Positions 1-12,029 of a stretch of 64,000 nucleotides of DNA are shown here, piece by piece. The notes beneath the pieces were generated by a model that was not told the origin of the DNA, searched no databases, and saw only the letters and a program-made list of their open reading frames with translations. How positions within the stretch are numbered: position 1 is the first letter of the stretch; each line of letters opens with the position of its first letter. The DNA comes from Eledone cirrhosa (taxonomy: Eukaryota): positions 358,794,001 through 358,858,000 of the forward strand of contig OZ024740.1 of assembly GCA_964016885.1 (NCBI GenBank). Reading direction: 5' to 3'. Both the position numbers and the translations under genes were made by a program.

Positions 1-53
1 ATATATATATGTATATATATATATATTTATGTATATGTATATATATATATATG

Positions 54-94
<41 letters not shown>

Positions 95-95
95 G

Positions 96-131
<36 letters not shown>

Positions 132-141
132 TATATATACG

Positions 142-200
<59 letters not shown>

Positions 201-306
201 TTATGTATATGTATATATATATATATATATGTATATATTATATATATATATGTATATATATATATATACATATATATATGTATATATATGTATATATATA
301 TATATA
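1..306. repeat. Interrupted (AT)n microsatellite
   Basis: Direct reading; the YIYI ORFs here are artefacts. Confidence 0.97.
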
Positions 307-1250
307 AGTTAAAACAATGAAATAAAAATCAAGTCATTAGAAATATACTTCATTGCTTTACAATCGTTTCTATTTGATGATAATACATCGTAATTATACT
401 TCGTTATCGATCTATGTAAGGTTAGTTACAAAATATCAGATAAGAAGAATATTTACTTACATGCATATCACCAGCTGTTGTCAAAAGCAATAACAATTTT
501 ATTCAAAATTAGTAGTAAATTAGTATTATGTTTAGTTCTATGACCTGATTTGAAGGTAGCTGAAGAACTAACCAATCAGATTGTTTTTTTCATATGATGT
601 TAAGAAGAAAAATAATTCACTTTAGTTGAGGTCATGACCCTTTGAAAGGAATGGTTGAATGGTGTTAATAATAGAATTGCCATAAAAAATCTATTTGGAA
701 GAAAGAGATTGTCAAATTGGTAGTTGAAGGTATATGATATAGTGAAGTTTAAAAGGAAAGTAAAAATTAAATGTTGAATTGTGTTGTATGGAGTTTTTAG
801 GTGAATATAAATTAAGATCATGTCTAGGAAAGATAATATATTAAAAGATAAAAATTATAATAATATAATTAAATACAGTAATACGATAATACAGTAATAC
901 AAATATGTCTATGTATAAATAATCAAACTCAGATAAATACATGTTGACATAGTCAAAACGCATAAATTTCATAGATCACAATGTGCTTATACCCACATTA
1001 TAGATAGAGGTATATTTATATTGATACTCAATTAAAAATATACATACGCATAAATAGATGCAAACATATACATACATCTACACATGTGCACACAATCATA
1101 TACGCATATATTTATATATATATATATATATATTTACATATACACACCTATACACACATATATATATATATGTACACACATACATGTACACACACACACA
1201 TCTAAACACTCATACACATATACTCGCATATACACACATACACACACACA

Positions 1251-1292
<42 letters not shown>

Positions 1293-1377
1293 AAAAATTG
1301 AACAGGGACAGAACAGAGAGGCAGTACGACAAATGTTTATTAGATTCACGCTCAGGAGAGTGGGGGGTAGGTGGAGG

Positions 1378-1409
1378 ACGACGTTTCGGGCATAAGCCCT
1401 TCTTCAGGT
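1378..1409 (-). ncRNA. Minimal type I hammerhead ribozyme motif of the PLE pLTR
   Basis: Minus strand: ac CUGAAGA a gggc uuau gccc GAAACGUC gu. Stem I is only 2 bp. Confidence 0.75.
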
Positions 1410-2242
1410 AAGAGTTCAAAAGGTGTGTAGGGGAGTGGTGGAGAGACATATAGCGAAAGGAAACGGTGCGAATGAAAAATTAACTAATAAAGACAAAAAT
1501 ATAATAAATAATAAATAAAAATAAAGCATGATCAAAATACAAGGAATGAGAACATTTAAAAATAAAGGCATGATCAAAATAAACTGAAATTAAAAGGGGG
1601 GTAAACAGGTGGTGGAAGGGTGTGGGGTGAGTAGAGGTGGGGGCGGGTGGAGTGGGGAGAGGGAGACGGGGTGTCCGAGCGGGGAGGGCTGAAGGTGGTG
1701 TGTGTGGTTAGGTGTGCGTATGTGTGTGTGTGTGTGTATGTGAAAGTGAGGGTTGGGGGAAGAACGGGGTTGCATGTTCAGGAAGGTGTTGTGGGGGGGT
1801 GTTTTTGTGTGTCGGAGGGTCTGTGCGTGTGTGGATAGGGGGTGGGGGGAGAGGAATCAGCGGGCTGAGGGTGTAAATATGTGGTGGGAAGCACGTGTGT
1901 GTGGTTTAAGCGTGATGTGGGTGTGGGTGGCGTGTGGATAAAAAAATTTGTTTTGGGATGTGTGTGTGGGTGAGTTATATAGGTGATGGTGTTAGAGGAT
2001 GGTTGAAAAGTGGTAAGTTACACGGATGTATGGAGATTTTGGTTGGAAGTCAAAACGCGTGTGGGTAATCCAAGAAGCGGTGGTCGGAAGAGGAGAGATG
2101 TGGGGTGCGCGCGCAACAGGAAGTGGTCAGCAGTGGAAGTGCTGTGGTCAGTGGGTGCTGAGACAGTGGTCGGAAGGGCATAGCAGCAGTCAGCGGAATA
2201 TTAGGGAGGCGAGGATGGGTAGGTGTGAGAGTTGGAGTGAGG

Positions 2243-2299
<57 letters not shown>

Positions 2300-2759
2300 T
2301 AGTAGGGGTGTTAGTGGGATGAGTGAGTGTGGAGTGGGGAGAGAAGGGTGTGTGTGGTTCTATGGAGGGAGTGTGGTGTACTGGTGTGTGTGTAGTTTGG
2401 TGAGGAGGTGTTAGTGGGTGTTAGTAGACGGGAGGTGGGGAGGGGTGGAATGCAGGTGTGAGTGGGGGTTAGTGGGGGTAGGGTGTGTAGAGTTGGTGGT
2501 GTATGAGGGTGTGTGGGTACGTGTGCGTGGGGTTGGAGGGTGTTAGTGATGTTAGTTGCGTGTGGGGTGGGTGGTGTAAGTGTGTGCGTGTGATAAGGAG
2601 GGGGGGGGAGAAGAGGGGAGGGAAGGGATGTTAGTATGTTAGTTGGGGAAGGGTGGTTAGATGAGGGGTGGAGGGGGGTGTTAGTATTGTTAGTGTGGGG
2701 TGGGCGGTGAAAAGGAGGGGTGTGTTAGTGGTGTTAGTGGGGGAGGGGGCGGTCGAACG

Positions 2760-4787
2760 CTAAAGGAATAAGGGTGGGGAGTTCAGGCCGGGGGGGGGGG
2801 TCTGTAAGATGAAGATAGTACGTTGTTCGACCGTGAGGCGATGGGCGGGTTTTCCGTGGCACTGGAGTAGGCCACAGACTGTGAGATGGTGTGCGGAGTG
2901 TCCAGGGCTACCAAAGTGGCGGGCGATGGGGGAACTGCCCCCGAGACGAATGTCCCGGAGGTGCTCCGTGACTCGGTCCGCCAGGCGGCGTCCCGTCTGT
3001 CCGACATAAGTCGCGCTGCACCTCGTGCAACGAAGTCCGTAGACTAGGTTGGAGGAGGTGCAGCGGAAGGCATGCCGGGCCGAGAGAGGGTGGCCGTTGG
3101 GACCCTGGAAGGTGGTGGTGTTGGTGATGTGGGGACAGGTGTTGCAGCGGGGCCTAGAACAGGGGAAGGAACCGGGGGGGGGGAAACGGAGCGTGGGTTG
3201 GGGGGTAGGGAGCTGTGGACGAGGAGGGCGCGGAGATTGCGTGCGCGTATGAAGGAGGGGAGTGGTGGGGTTGGGAAGATGTGGGAGGTGGAGGGGTCGG
3301 ACTGGAGGTGTCGGAAGAGGCGGCGGATGGTGCGGTGGAGGGGTAAGGTGGAGGGGTGGTAGGTGATGGGGAAGGGGAGACGGTGGGTGGGTGTGCGGTG
3401 GCGTGGGGTGAGGGTGGTAGAGCGGGGGATAGCACGGGCGCGGGTGAGAGCGGTGTGGACGGGAGAGAGAGGGGGGGGTAACCTCTGCGGATGAAATGGC
3501 TGACTAGGGAAAGGGCTTGGGACTCGAAGTCAGCATCACGGCTACAGAGGCGGCGGATCCTGAGAAGTTGGGAGTAGGGAATGGAGAGTTTAGTGTGGGT
3601 GGGGTGGGAAGAGGTGAAGTCGAGGTAAGAGTGGGAGTCGGTGGGTTTGAAGAAGGCGGAGGTGACGAGGGAGTGGTGGGAGGGGTCGAAGGCGACGGAG
3701 ATGTCTAAGAAGTGGACGTGGGTGGTGGAGATAGAGGTGGTGAAGTGGAGGGAGGGGTGGAAGGAGCAGAAGAAGGAGAGAAAGGAGTCGAGCTGTACTC
3801 GGGTGAGGGTCGTGGCTCCGATACAGTCGTCAATGTAACGACCGTACAGTTCGGGCGTGGGGCCGGTGTACTGGGCAAAGATTTGGGCCTCAACATGGCC
3901 AACAAAAAGGTTGGCATAGTTCGGGCCCATTCTTGTGCCCATGGCTACCCCCGTGACTTGTTGGTAAAACTCACCCGAGAAGGAGAAACAATTTAGGGTG
4001 AGGACCAGCTCGGCGCGGCGAAGGAGGGTGGGGGTGGAGGGAATGGGGGAGGGGCGAAGGTCGAGGTAGTGTTTGAGGGCGCGAAGGCCGTCGGCGTGGG
4101 GGATGACGGTATAGAGGGACTTGATGTCTAGGGTGAAGAGGAATGGCTGAGGGCCGGGTAGGTAGGTGAAGGAGTCGAAAAGGCGCAGGGCGTGGTTGGT
4201 GTCAGAGATGTGGGAGGGGAGGGTGGTGACCAGGGGGGCGAGGAGGGAGTCGAGAAAGGCGGAGATGAGTTCGGTGGGGCAGTTGCAAGCGGAGACGATG
4301 GGACGGCCGGGGTTGTCGGGTTTGTGGAGTTTGGGGAGGGAGTAGATGGTGGGGGTGCGGGGTGTGCGGACGATGAGGTGGGAAGCGGTGGGGGGGGGAG
4401 GGAGGAGGCGATAAGGTCTTTGATGGTGGAGGAGACTTGTTGTTGGTAGAGGGGGGTGGGATCGGAGGGTAGAGGGCGGTAAAAGAGAGGGTTACAGAGC
4501 TGCCTGAGGGCTTCGGCCTTGTAGAGGTCCGCGCGCCATACCACCACGGCGCCTCCCTTGTCCGCCGGTTTGATGACGATGTCATCTCGGCTACGGAGGG
4601 AGCGGAGAGCGAGGAGTTCGCCCCGTGAGATGTTGTGCCGTTTGGAACGGTGGCGGAAGTCGAAACGATTTACTGCGCTACGGCTGGTATCGACGAAGGC
4701 GTCCAGGGTGCTAAATTGCCCTGGGGCCGGCGTCCAAGAAGATGGTCGTCGGCCCAGGGCGAGAAACGGGTCTGGGGCGTCCGGAGC

Positions 4788-4788
<1 letters not shown>
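2760..4788 (-). pseudogene. PLE reverse transcriptase + GIY-YIG endonuclease ORF (frameshifted only at poly-G runs)
   Basis: Motifs IKPADKGGAVVVW, LPKLHKPDNPGRPIVS, LDIKSLYTVIP, GVAMGTRMGPNYANLF, RYIDDCIG, KPTDSHSYLDFTSSHP, linker FPCSRPRCNTC, NLVYGLRCTRCSATYVGQTGRRLADRVTEH, GLN, then TAG at 2762-2760. Frame changes near 4390-4398, 3471-3478 and 3174-3183. Confidence 0.92.
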
Positions 4789-4823
<35 letters not shown>

Positions 4824-4874
4824 TCTCTTACCTGTTTCAGCCATCCGGCTGAGGCCATGCTGAGGCACCGCCCT

Positions 4875-4877
<3 letters not shown>
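4824..4877. mobile_element. Short SINE 3'-end-like fragment between (AT)n tracts
   Basis: ttacctgtttcagccatccggctgaggccatgctgaggcaccgccctt resembles a common cephalopod SINE end (recalled, not searched). Confidence 0.45.
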
Positions 4878-4912
<35 letters not shown>

Positions 4913-4915
<3 letters not shown>

Positions 4916-5065
4916 GGAGGTGAGTTTTATTGTAGCACAATAAAGCAATGCAAACATCGGATAAGTAGTACTCTACAGTTTATAGGACTCGAGTATAAAT
5001 AATATAAGATCAAAAGATGGTTAAAATACATGGAACTCTTTTAATCATCTTTTGATGTTATATTG
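4913..5065. repeat. Collapsed derivative of the 17315-19622 inverted PLE (left end fused to right end)
   Basis: 4915-5026 matches 17317-17429, and 5022-5064 matches 19581-19623. Confidence 0.85.
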
Positions 5066-5149
5066 TTGGAAGCTCCGGGAGCTTCCAACAGTAATGGTTG
5101 CATTCTTTAAGGGTATGTCAATATTTATTTATAAAACTGCTCTATATTA

Positions 5150-5214
5150 TATTTTATCTGATGAAAGCACACCATAATTTAACTTGGTGTCCTTGAAATA
5201 TGTATAATGAAATA
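5150..5214 (+). ncRNA. Type I hammerhead ribozyme motif
   Basis: uauuuuau CUGAUGA aagcacacca-loop-ugguguccuu GAAA uaugua UA augaaaua; 8-bp stem I, predicted AUA cleavage after 5206. Confidence 0.75.
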
Positions 5215-5291
5215 AATATGGTTTTATAAATATAGTTTCCATTTGTTAATATCGTATATATATATATATATATATATATGCCAAAGGTAAT

Positions 5292-5576
5292 ATTGAGTTA
5301 GGAACTCAAAATAGTCTCTTACAACAAAATAGCTCTAAGAAAGAGATATTTCCGAGCCGTATATTATAATTGAATATAAAAGAAAAAACGAACACAGATA
5401 TATACATATATATATACATATATACATATATATATACATATTTTTTTCTTAAATTGAGACCAGCGAACCCAATTGTCTAAAGTTAGTATTGTTTTCACCT
5501 TAGCGAATCTGATCCCTTACGATTTGAACACATATATGTATATATCTGTGTTCGTTTTTCTGTTATTCAATTATAA
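5292..5576. repeat. Unclassified dispersed repeat with internal inverted repeat (second copy 28716-28985, opposite orientation)
   Basis: Collinear reverse-complement similarity to 28716-28985; internal arms cgaacacagatatatacatat / atatgtatatatctgtgttcg. Confidence 0.75.
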
Positions 5577-7503
5577 TTATATATATATATATATGTACTT
5601 CCCAAAGACATTTAAAATCAATCTCCAAGAGTTGAATTCAACTGCATATAAACAAGCTGTAGTATTGTAAAACCGCATAATGGCTCAAGATACAATCATT
5701 TGTTTACCTCCCCTTCAAATAACAGATGCAAACATACCTTTTTTTATTTTTGCGTCTGTTGTTGAAGCAATACGCGACAACTGTGAAAAGATAAGAATGA
5801 AAACGACACGTTACATAAAAACTGTAAAGTTTGTAGCACTATTATGTTATGACATGTTTTTAGTTTTATCAAAATTTTAAACGTTCATCTTGTTATGAAG
5901 CGCTTTCTATTTTTGGGGCTTTGTTTTTCTTGTTTCGTAAAGTAGGCTGTGTGAAGGGGGAGGAATATAAAGAGTAAAAGGAGCAGAATGGGAGGAGCTC
6001 ATTAGAAGGGATGAAATAGACAAGAGTGTAGTGAGTTAGGAAGGAAACTGGAGCGTAAAAGACAAAGGATAATGAAATACATACACCAGAAACAACCCCC
6101 CCCCCACACACACACATCAGTTGTATTAGTTGTCGTTCCGGAGGAATTCGTAAAAACCCTCTATATTTGCGAACATTTTAATGTTGTTTATAACCAGCTC
6201 CATCAAATCGTTCTAACAGACAAAACTAAAGTTAGTGATGGATTATTAGCATATCAGTTTGACTGTTGGCTTAGTTGTTACTGTTGATTTTTGGTAATTC
6301 ATTTTGTCCTTTTTGTGTTGTGTTACCTTTTGCTGTTAATGTGGTTGCAGGCTTCGCTTTTGTTTTTTGTTACGGCAGTGGTTTTCAGATTTTCTTTTTT
6401 GTTGTTGGTGCATTTTGTTAGTTGTAGTTTGAGGAAACTGCTTTGCGCCTTTTTAGCTTTCCATCTATTTTTTCATAATATTGTGATGAAGCGTTGTACT
6501 TTTTTTCGTGGCGCCATTTTTGACAGTTTATCATCAGTTCGCTTGCTTCCTCATTTTGTTTCATTGTCGTTTAATGAGGTCTCAAAGTGAAAGCCAGTAA
6601 GTTGGTTGACTTACGTGTGTGCATTTTCTGTCATTTTGCCGAGGAGGACACTCGAGGAAATCTTTTTCCCTGAAAGGTGTTGGCAGTAAACTATTATATT
6701 TTGGTGCATTGGTAAAGGTTTTAATTCTTGCTACTGTTTATCCTGCTGCTGTTGTTGTGGTTGTGATGTTGGGTGCAGGTTTGGCTTTACTGTTTTTTCA
6801 TGAAGATAGAACACCCCCTCGTGGTTGGCAATGTTGTAAATGCGGTGAGCATAAGGATGTTTTGTATGTTAACAGCCTGCACCCATAAAAGAAGATAAGA
6901 ATTCACTAGGCACTGTATGTGTTTTGCTTAAAATGCACCCATTCTAATAATAATGCTGTTGTTGGTGACAATGAATTTGTTGTTGTTATGCAAATCCAAT
7001 TGATGTTGCTATTGTTAATATTGGGGTGTTGACTAGACCAGTGGAAGTGTTTGCGGAGAAAGTATTGTTGGTATTGCTGTTGGTGACACATTTCTACTCT
7101 GAAATTAGGATGCTATAACTACCGCATTTGTTATTGCTGTTGTTGTTGTTACTGTTGTTATTGATGCTGTTATTGTTACTCTTGCCGTTGTTCTCCTTTG
7201 ACATGAATAGCCAGGAGAATCGATTTCCTTGAAAATCGCTACTTAATTCCTACTACTGCATTTGATGTAATTGTCGCAAAAGTAGTTTTTGTTGTTTCTG
7301 CTCCTGCAGTTGATCGTGGTGTTGTTGTCTCTGGTTTTACTGTTGCTGAAGTTATTGTTGTTGGTATTGTTGTTGTTGAGTCTGTTGAACATCCCCTTTT
7401 TTTCTGATTATATTGATGTCGGTCTAATGCTTCCCTACAAAGGAACGCTATATGCAAGTCCACATTGGGTGATTTAGCTCTTTTTATCTCTCCCTCACTC
7501 TAT

Positions 7504-7544
<41 letters not shown>

Positions 7545-7651
7545 CACACATAGTCTCTCTCTCTATCACACACACACACACACACCACACACACACACAC
7601 CACACACACCACACACACACACACACACACACCACACCACACCACACCACA

Positions 7652-7716
<65 letters not shown>

Positions 7717-7989
7717 CTCTCATTCTCATATGATGACTTTCTTCCCTTCGAACATTATGATTTATTTTCTAAACCTTGCACCTTTGATACCTTCATTTGT
7801 GTGTCGTTATAAAATTGGAAAAGACACCAACATTTATCTTGTTAGCCTATTCACACGAACGCAGTGAAAATGTCTTGCAGACAGGAAATATACAAATGTT
7901 TGACGAAAGCATTTAAGAGGTCAGCATTGACATGGCTTCGAAGTTTGCAGTAAACAAAATCAACTACAACAAAAACAGCACGAACGATT

Positions 7990-8330
7990 AAAAGAGCATT
8001 ACTCAGTCAGAAAATTGAACGAGATAATGTAAAAAATACTTTTGGATTTCCCAGTTAATGTAGGCTGAACAACTCAAACAATTATAAAAGAAATCACCTA
8101 GATAAAGACATACTAGTATAAGAATTTGAAGGACGAAGTAAATACAAAGACCTAGAGATAGCGATTGAGGTGAGGTACCTTATAGCAAAAACAATCCCAC
8201 TGACCACTGGCATTTTAAGTATGATAAAAGGATATGGGAAACATCTTAGCAATACCTAATACAACTGATCAGGAAATATTTAAAATAACATTGACAATCC
8301 CTTTACACATACTACGCAGAAATGTGAATT
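7990..8330 (+). mobile_element. R4/Dong-like non-LTR retrotransposon C-terminal relic
   Basis: Degenerate SKYKDLEIAIE...KTIP..G.L segment of a restriction-like endonuclease. Confidence 0.55.
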
Positions 8331-8529
8331 AAAAATATTTAAACACCCACAAATGAAACTTCAGTATTGAGTTATACGTATGAAGCATATATTCCCCCTT
8401 GTAAATAATGTGCTTATAAGATAAACCTATATATGTCGCTGAAAGCACTTACCTTCTCTTGTCGCAGGTAATAGGCAATGACTAGGTAAGTGAGAGACTA
8501 AAACCCCCAAAACAGAACAAAAATAATGA

Positions 8530-8740
8530 TAATCGTTTCTACACTTGCTACAAGGTCAGCAATTTGAAGGGAAAGGAAAAATCGACTAAATCGATGCCAG
8601 TACGTTACTGATGCTTTATTTTATCGACCTCCGTAAGGATGAAAGCCAAAGCTACATCAGCAACATTTGAACTCGGAACGTACTGGACCGTAACTGTATA
8701 CCACAAAGCTTGTTTTCCGATACTGACGATCCACTACTCT
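8530..8740 (-). mobile_element. tRNA-derived SINE, diverged
   Basis: Shares ttttatcgac...aaggatgaaag..aaag and tttgaactc with the other copies. Confidence 0.75.
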
Positions 8741-8769
8741 CAACAACAGCAATAAAGAATAATAGGTCT

Positions 8770-9530
8770 GAGCTGGTAACGAAGAAATCACTTCTGAGAG
8801 AGTTAAAGGAGAGTGGCATAGTTGATAAGATGAGTGCAATCAGCTCAGATCAATATAAAAGATGAAATGATAAGAAAACTAATCTATCTGGAAAGAAATG
8901 GCAATGCAAGGTCAATACCTTGGGGAGTCGTTTGATGTAGACCGGGAAAGACGTTTCACAAAATTACGGCATTCTCATTGTGTAGGTTATGCGGTGTTCA
9001 CACTGAATACTCTAAACATCTGGTTAGTGTGTGCAAGAAATTAGCCCAACATAAATACAATGGAAGGCTTCATAATATAGCATATATTTACTGGCAAACG
9101 TGTGTGATGTCATGGCTAGATCGTGCTGAAAGATGGTATGGACAGAAACCAAAGGGTGTGATTCAGAATGAGAAATTTAAAATCCTTTGGAATTTTATGA
9201 TGTAATGTGACCAACCGCTAGAAAACAGAAAGTCAAATATTGTTTTTAAAGACAATCGTAAGAAGAAAGTCCTAGTCATTGACATTGTCGAACGCGGAGG
9301 CAGCAGGTTGATAGAAAAAGATGGCCAGAATATTGACAGGTATAAAAGATTTCGCATGTGAATGATGAATTCCAAAGTTGTACCGGTAATTATAGGTGCT
9401 CTAGGAGCTGCTTTGGATGTTTTGAAGTCATACAAAATAGCCTGAGAGTGGCAAAACAGGTGGAAATCATTAAAAAACTAGCTTTGCTAGGTAAAGCAAG
9501 GATATTGCAGAAAGTCCTTTCTTTGTAGGC
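8770..9530 (+). mobile_element. R4/Dong-like LINE relic (CCHC knuckle + REL endonuclease)
   Basis: CRLCGVHTEYSKHLVSVCKKLAQHKY, WYGQKPKGVIQNEKFKILWNF, VVPVIIGALG. Confidence 0.85.
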
Positions 9531-9579
9531 AATGGGGAAGGATCCTGAGGGGGATTGAACGGCAGAAAGTAAGAATGGG

Positions 9580-11860
9580 CAATATAACAACAGAAGAGTA
9601 GAGTTACTATGACAAAAGAAAATGTCAAAATTGCTTTAAAGAAATCTCAAAAAATGGAAATCACCTGACCAAGACAAACTGCCAAACTTCTGACTTCACC
9701 ACCTTACATCTACACAAAATTTGATGGCAAAACTCTATCAAAACTCATGATTTCCTCAATGGAAATGCCAACCTGGATTGCAAATGAAATAATATGCCAC
9801 TTACCCCAAAATGAAGCTGATGAACCTAAGAATTACAGACCAATAGTATGACTGTACACCACATATAATCTCTTAACAATGAACTCGTGTACTTATTTTT
9901 GCACGAAAACAATATCTTACAAATAGAGCAAAAAGGGTGAAAACGAGGATCATATGTTTGTAAGGACCTACTACTAATAAACAAAATGATACTAGAAAAC
10001 TGTTTTAGAAGGAACAGAAAACTTAACACAGCCTGTATAGACTATCTAAACGCGTTGGATAGTGCCCCCTTTCACAATTTCTCCAATCTCTTGGAATTTA
10101 CAAAATATCCCAATAATTATAAATTCTTTGAAACAAAGCATGGATTCATAGCAAACAACCCTGTTCTTGAAACACAGCAAAGGGAGAACCAACTCACAAG
10201 AAATCTCGATACGCAGAGAAATATTCCAGAAATACTCAATGTCCTCTTCTGTATAGCATTAATTCTTCTTTCTCATAAAATAAGGAATACTACCCGTGAC
10301 TACATATAAAAGAAAATATTTTCAGCCATGCCACCTATATGGGTGATCTTAAGCTCTTCGCTAAAGAAAATAACAAAGTAGAGTGTCTGCTCAAGATAGT
10401 ACACTATTTTAGTGATGGCATCAGAATGGATTTGGGTCTTGATAAATCTGCGAATTTGACCTTGAAGAAAGGCATAACAACTGCAACTTCCACCATAAAA
10501 AAAACAAAAATAAGGGAACTTCAACTAGAGGAGACTTACGTAATCTTGGCGTCACTGAAATCGGAGGAGGTGGGGGCATATAAGTCTCCCCGAAATAAAA
10601 GGAAAGGTTAGAACAGAATATTATAGCAGAGTGCGACTTACTTTAAGTACAGAGCTCAATTCAAAGAATAGCGTGTCTGCGATAAACATCTGTTGTTCAG
10701 TATAACTTTAAAATGATTAACTGGACAGTACAAGATATCAAAGGAATAGACACTATAAACCGTAAACGTCTCACATGCCACGATATGCATCACCCCAAGG
10801 CAGATGTTGAGCGACTCTACCTGCCTAGGTACAAGGGAAGTAGAGGTCTAATCCAATTGGAGGTGTCTTTCAAGACAACAGCAATTGGCTTGCACCAATA
10901 TCTTGAAGGAACCATTGATTGGATTATGCAGGCAGTGAAACAATTCAAAACCAGCAGAATGTTTTACTCGTGATAAATGAAAGCTTATAAATGGGAACTA
11001 AATTTGAACGGAGCTGTGACATACGGAATTCATATATCACCAACAGTGGAAACGGATCCCACAAAAATATGAGCAAAGGAAACGAATGGAGGCAAAATGG
11101 CAAGTTAAACCTCTACATGACCAATACTTGACTTGAAACATGCATACTGATGTAAACAAAACTCAGACCTATCTGCAGCTGTGCAGTTCGGGACGGAAAG
11201 CTGACACAAGGTTTCATACTGACTGCACAAGACCAAAGTCTTGCCACTAAATAATTATCAGGCAAACGCATTGGTAAAATAAGGATTCAAAATGCGACAG
11301 GATTCAAAATGTAAAATAAGGATTCCAGCGACAGATATACTGAAACAGTGGATTACCTAATATCTGCCTGCAACACCTTAGCATTGTCTGAATAGTAAAA
11401 GAGACATAACAGAGTGGGGCAGTACATTCACTGGAAAATATGGTAATGCTATGAAAATGAAACAAGGAAAACCGGTATCAACAGCATCCACATAGAAACT
11501 GGAAATTCCATAATACTGTGGGATTTCACAATACACACTGACAGGACAAGTCAATAGAACAGGTATCACAATAAAAGATTAAAAAATCATGTGCTTCATG
11601 ATAGACATGGCATTATCTGCTGATTACAATATGCCTTTTAAGATATTTGAAAGAATTTCATAGTACAGAGATCTTGAAATAGAGATTTTTAAAATATGGG
11701 CTATGTGTTTGATGTAGTTATAGAGGAGCATTGTGTTTGATAAACAAGGGAACTGACAAATTCTTCGATCATGTACCAGGTATACCTTGTGTATAAGAAT
11801 TTCAGAAAATCGTACTCGCTAGTACTGCCCATACATTGTAAAGAGCATTGTCGATGCAGT
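9580..11860 (+). mobile_element. R4/Dong-like LINE relic (RT through endonuclease, many stops)
   Basis: PKNYRPI, EQKG*KRGSYVCKDLLLINKMILENC, YMGDLKLFAK (YMDDLKL), IRMDLGLDKSA, MHHPKADVERLYLPRYKGSRGLIQL, AQDQSL, WDF. Confidence 0.88.
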
Positions 11861-12029
11861 TTTCGGAAAGCATACTGCGATATATCTTGTATGTGACACG
11901 TCCATAGACCAACGTTTGCAATTTATCCATTATATTTTGTATTCAATTCTTCAATTATGTCTTTAAATGTGCTTACGCTTGTAAAATGAATTTATAACCT
12001 GTAAATAATCTATTTGGTTTTATGACTAT

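Larger units (their letters stand above)
1290..4790 (-). mobile_element. Penelope-like retroelement (Neptune-like), 5' truncated, with long C-rich 3' region/pLTR
   Basis: RT and GIY-YIG coding region at 4788-2760, ~1.4 kb skewed tail, HHR motif at 1378-1409, minus-strand AATAAA at 1336-1341; (AT)n on both sides. Confidence 0.93.

Noticed and set aside
3049-4863. Plus-strand Gly/Glu/Val-rich ORFs
   Set aside because: Antisense shadows of the C-rich PLE ORF.
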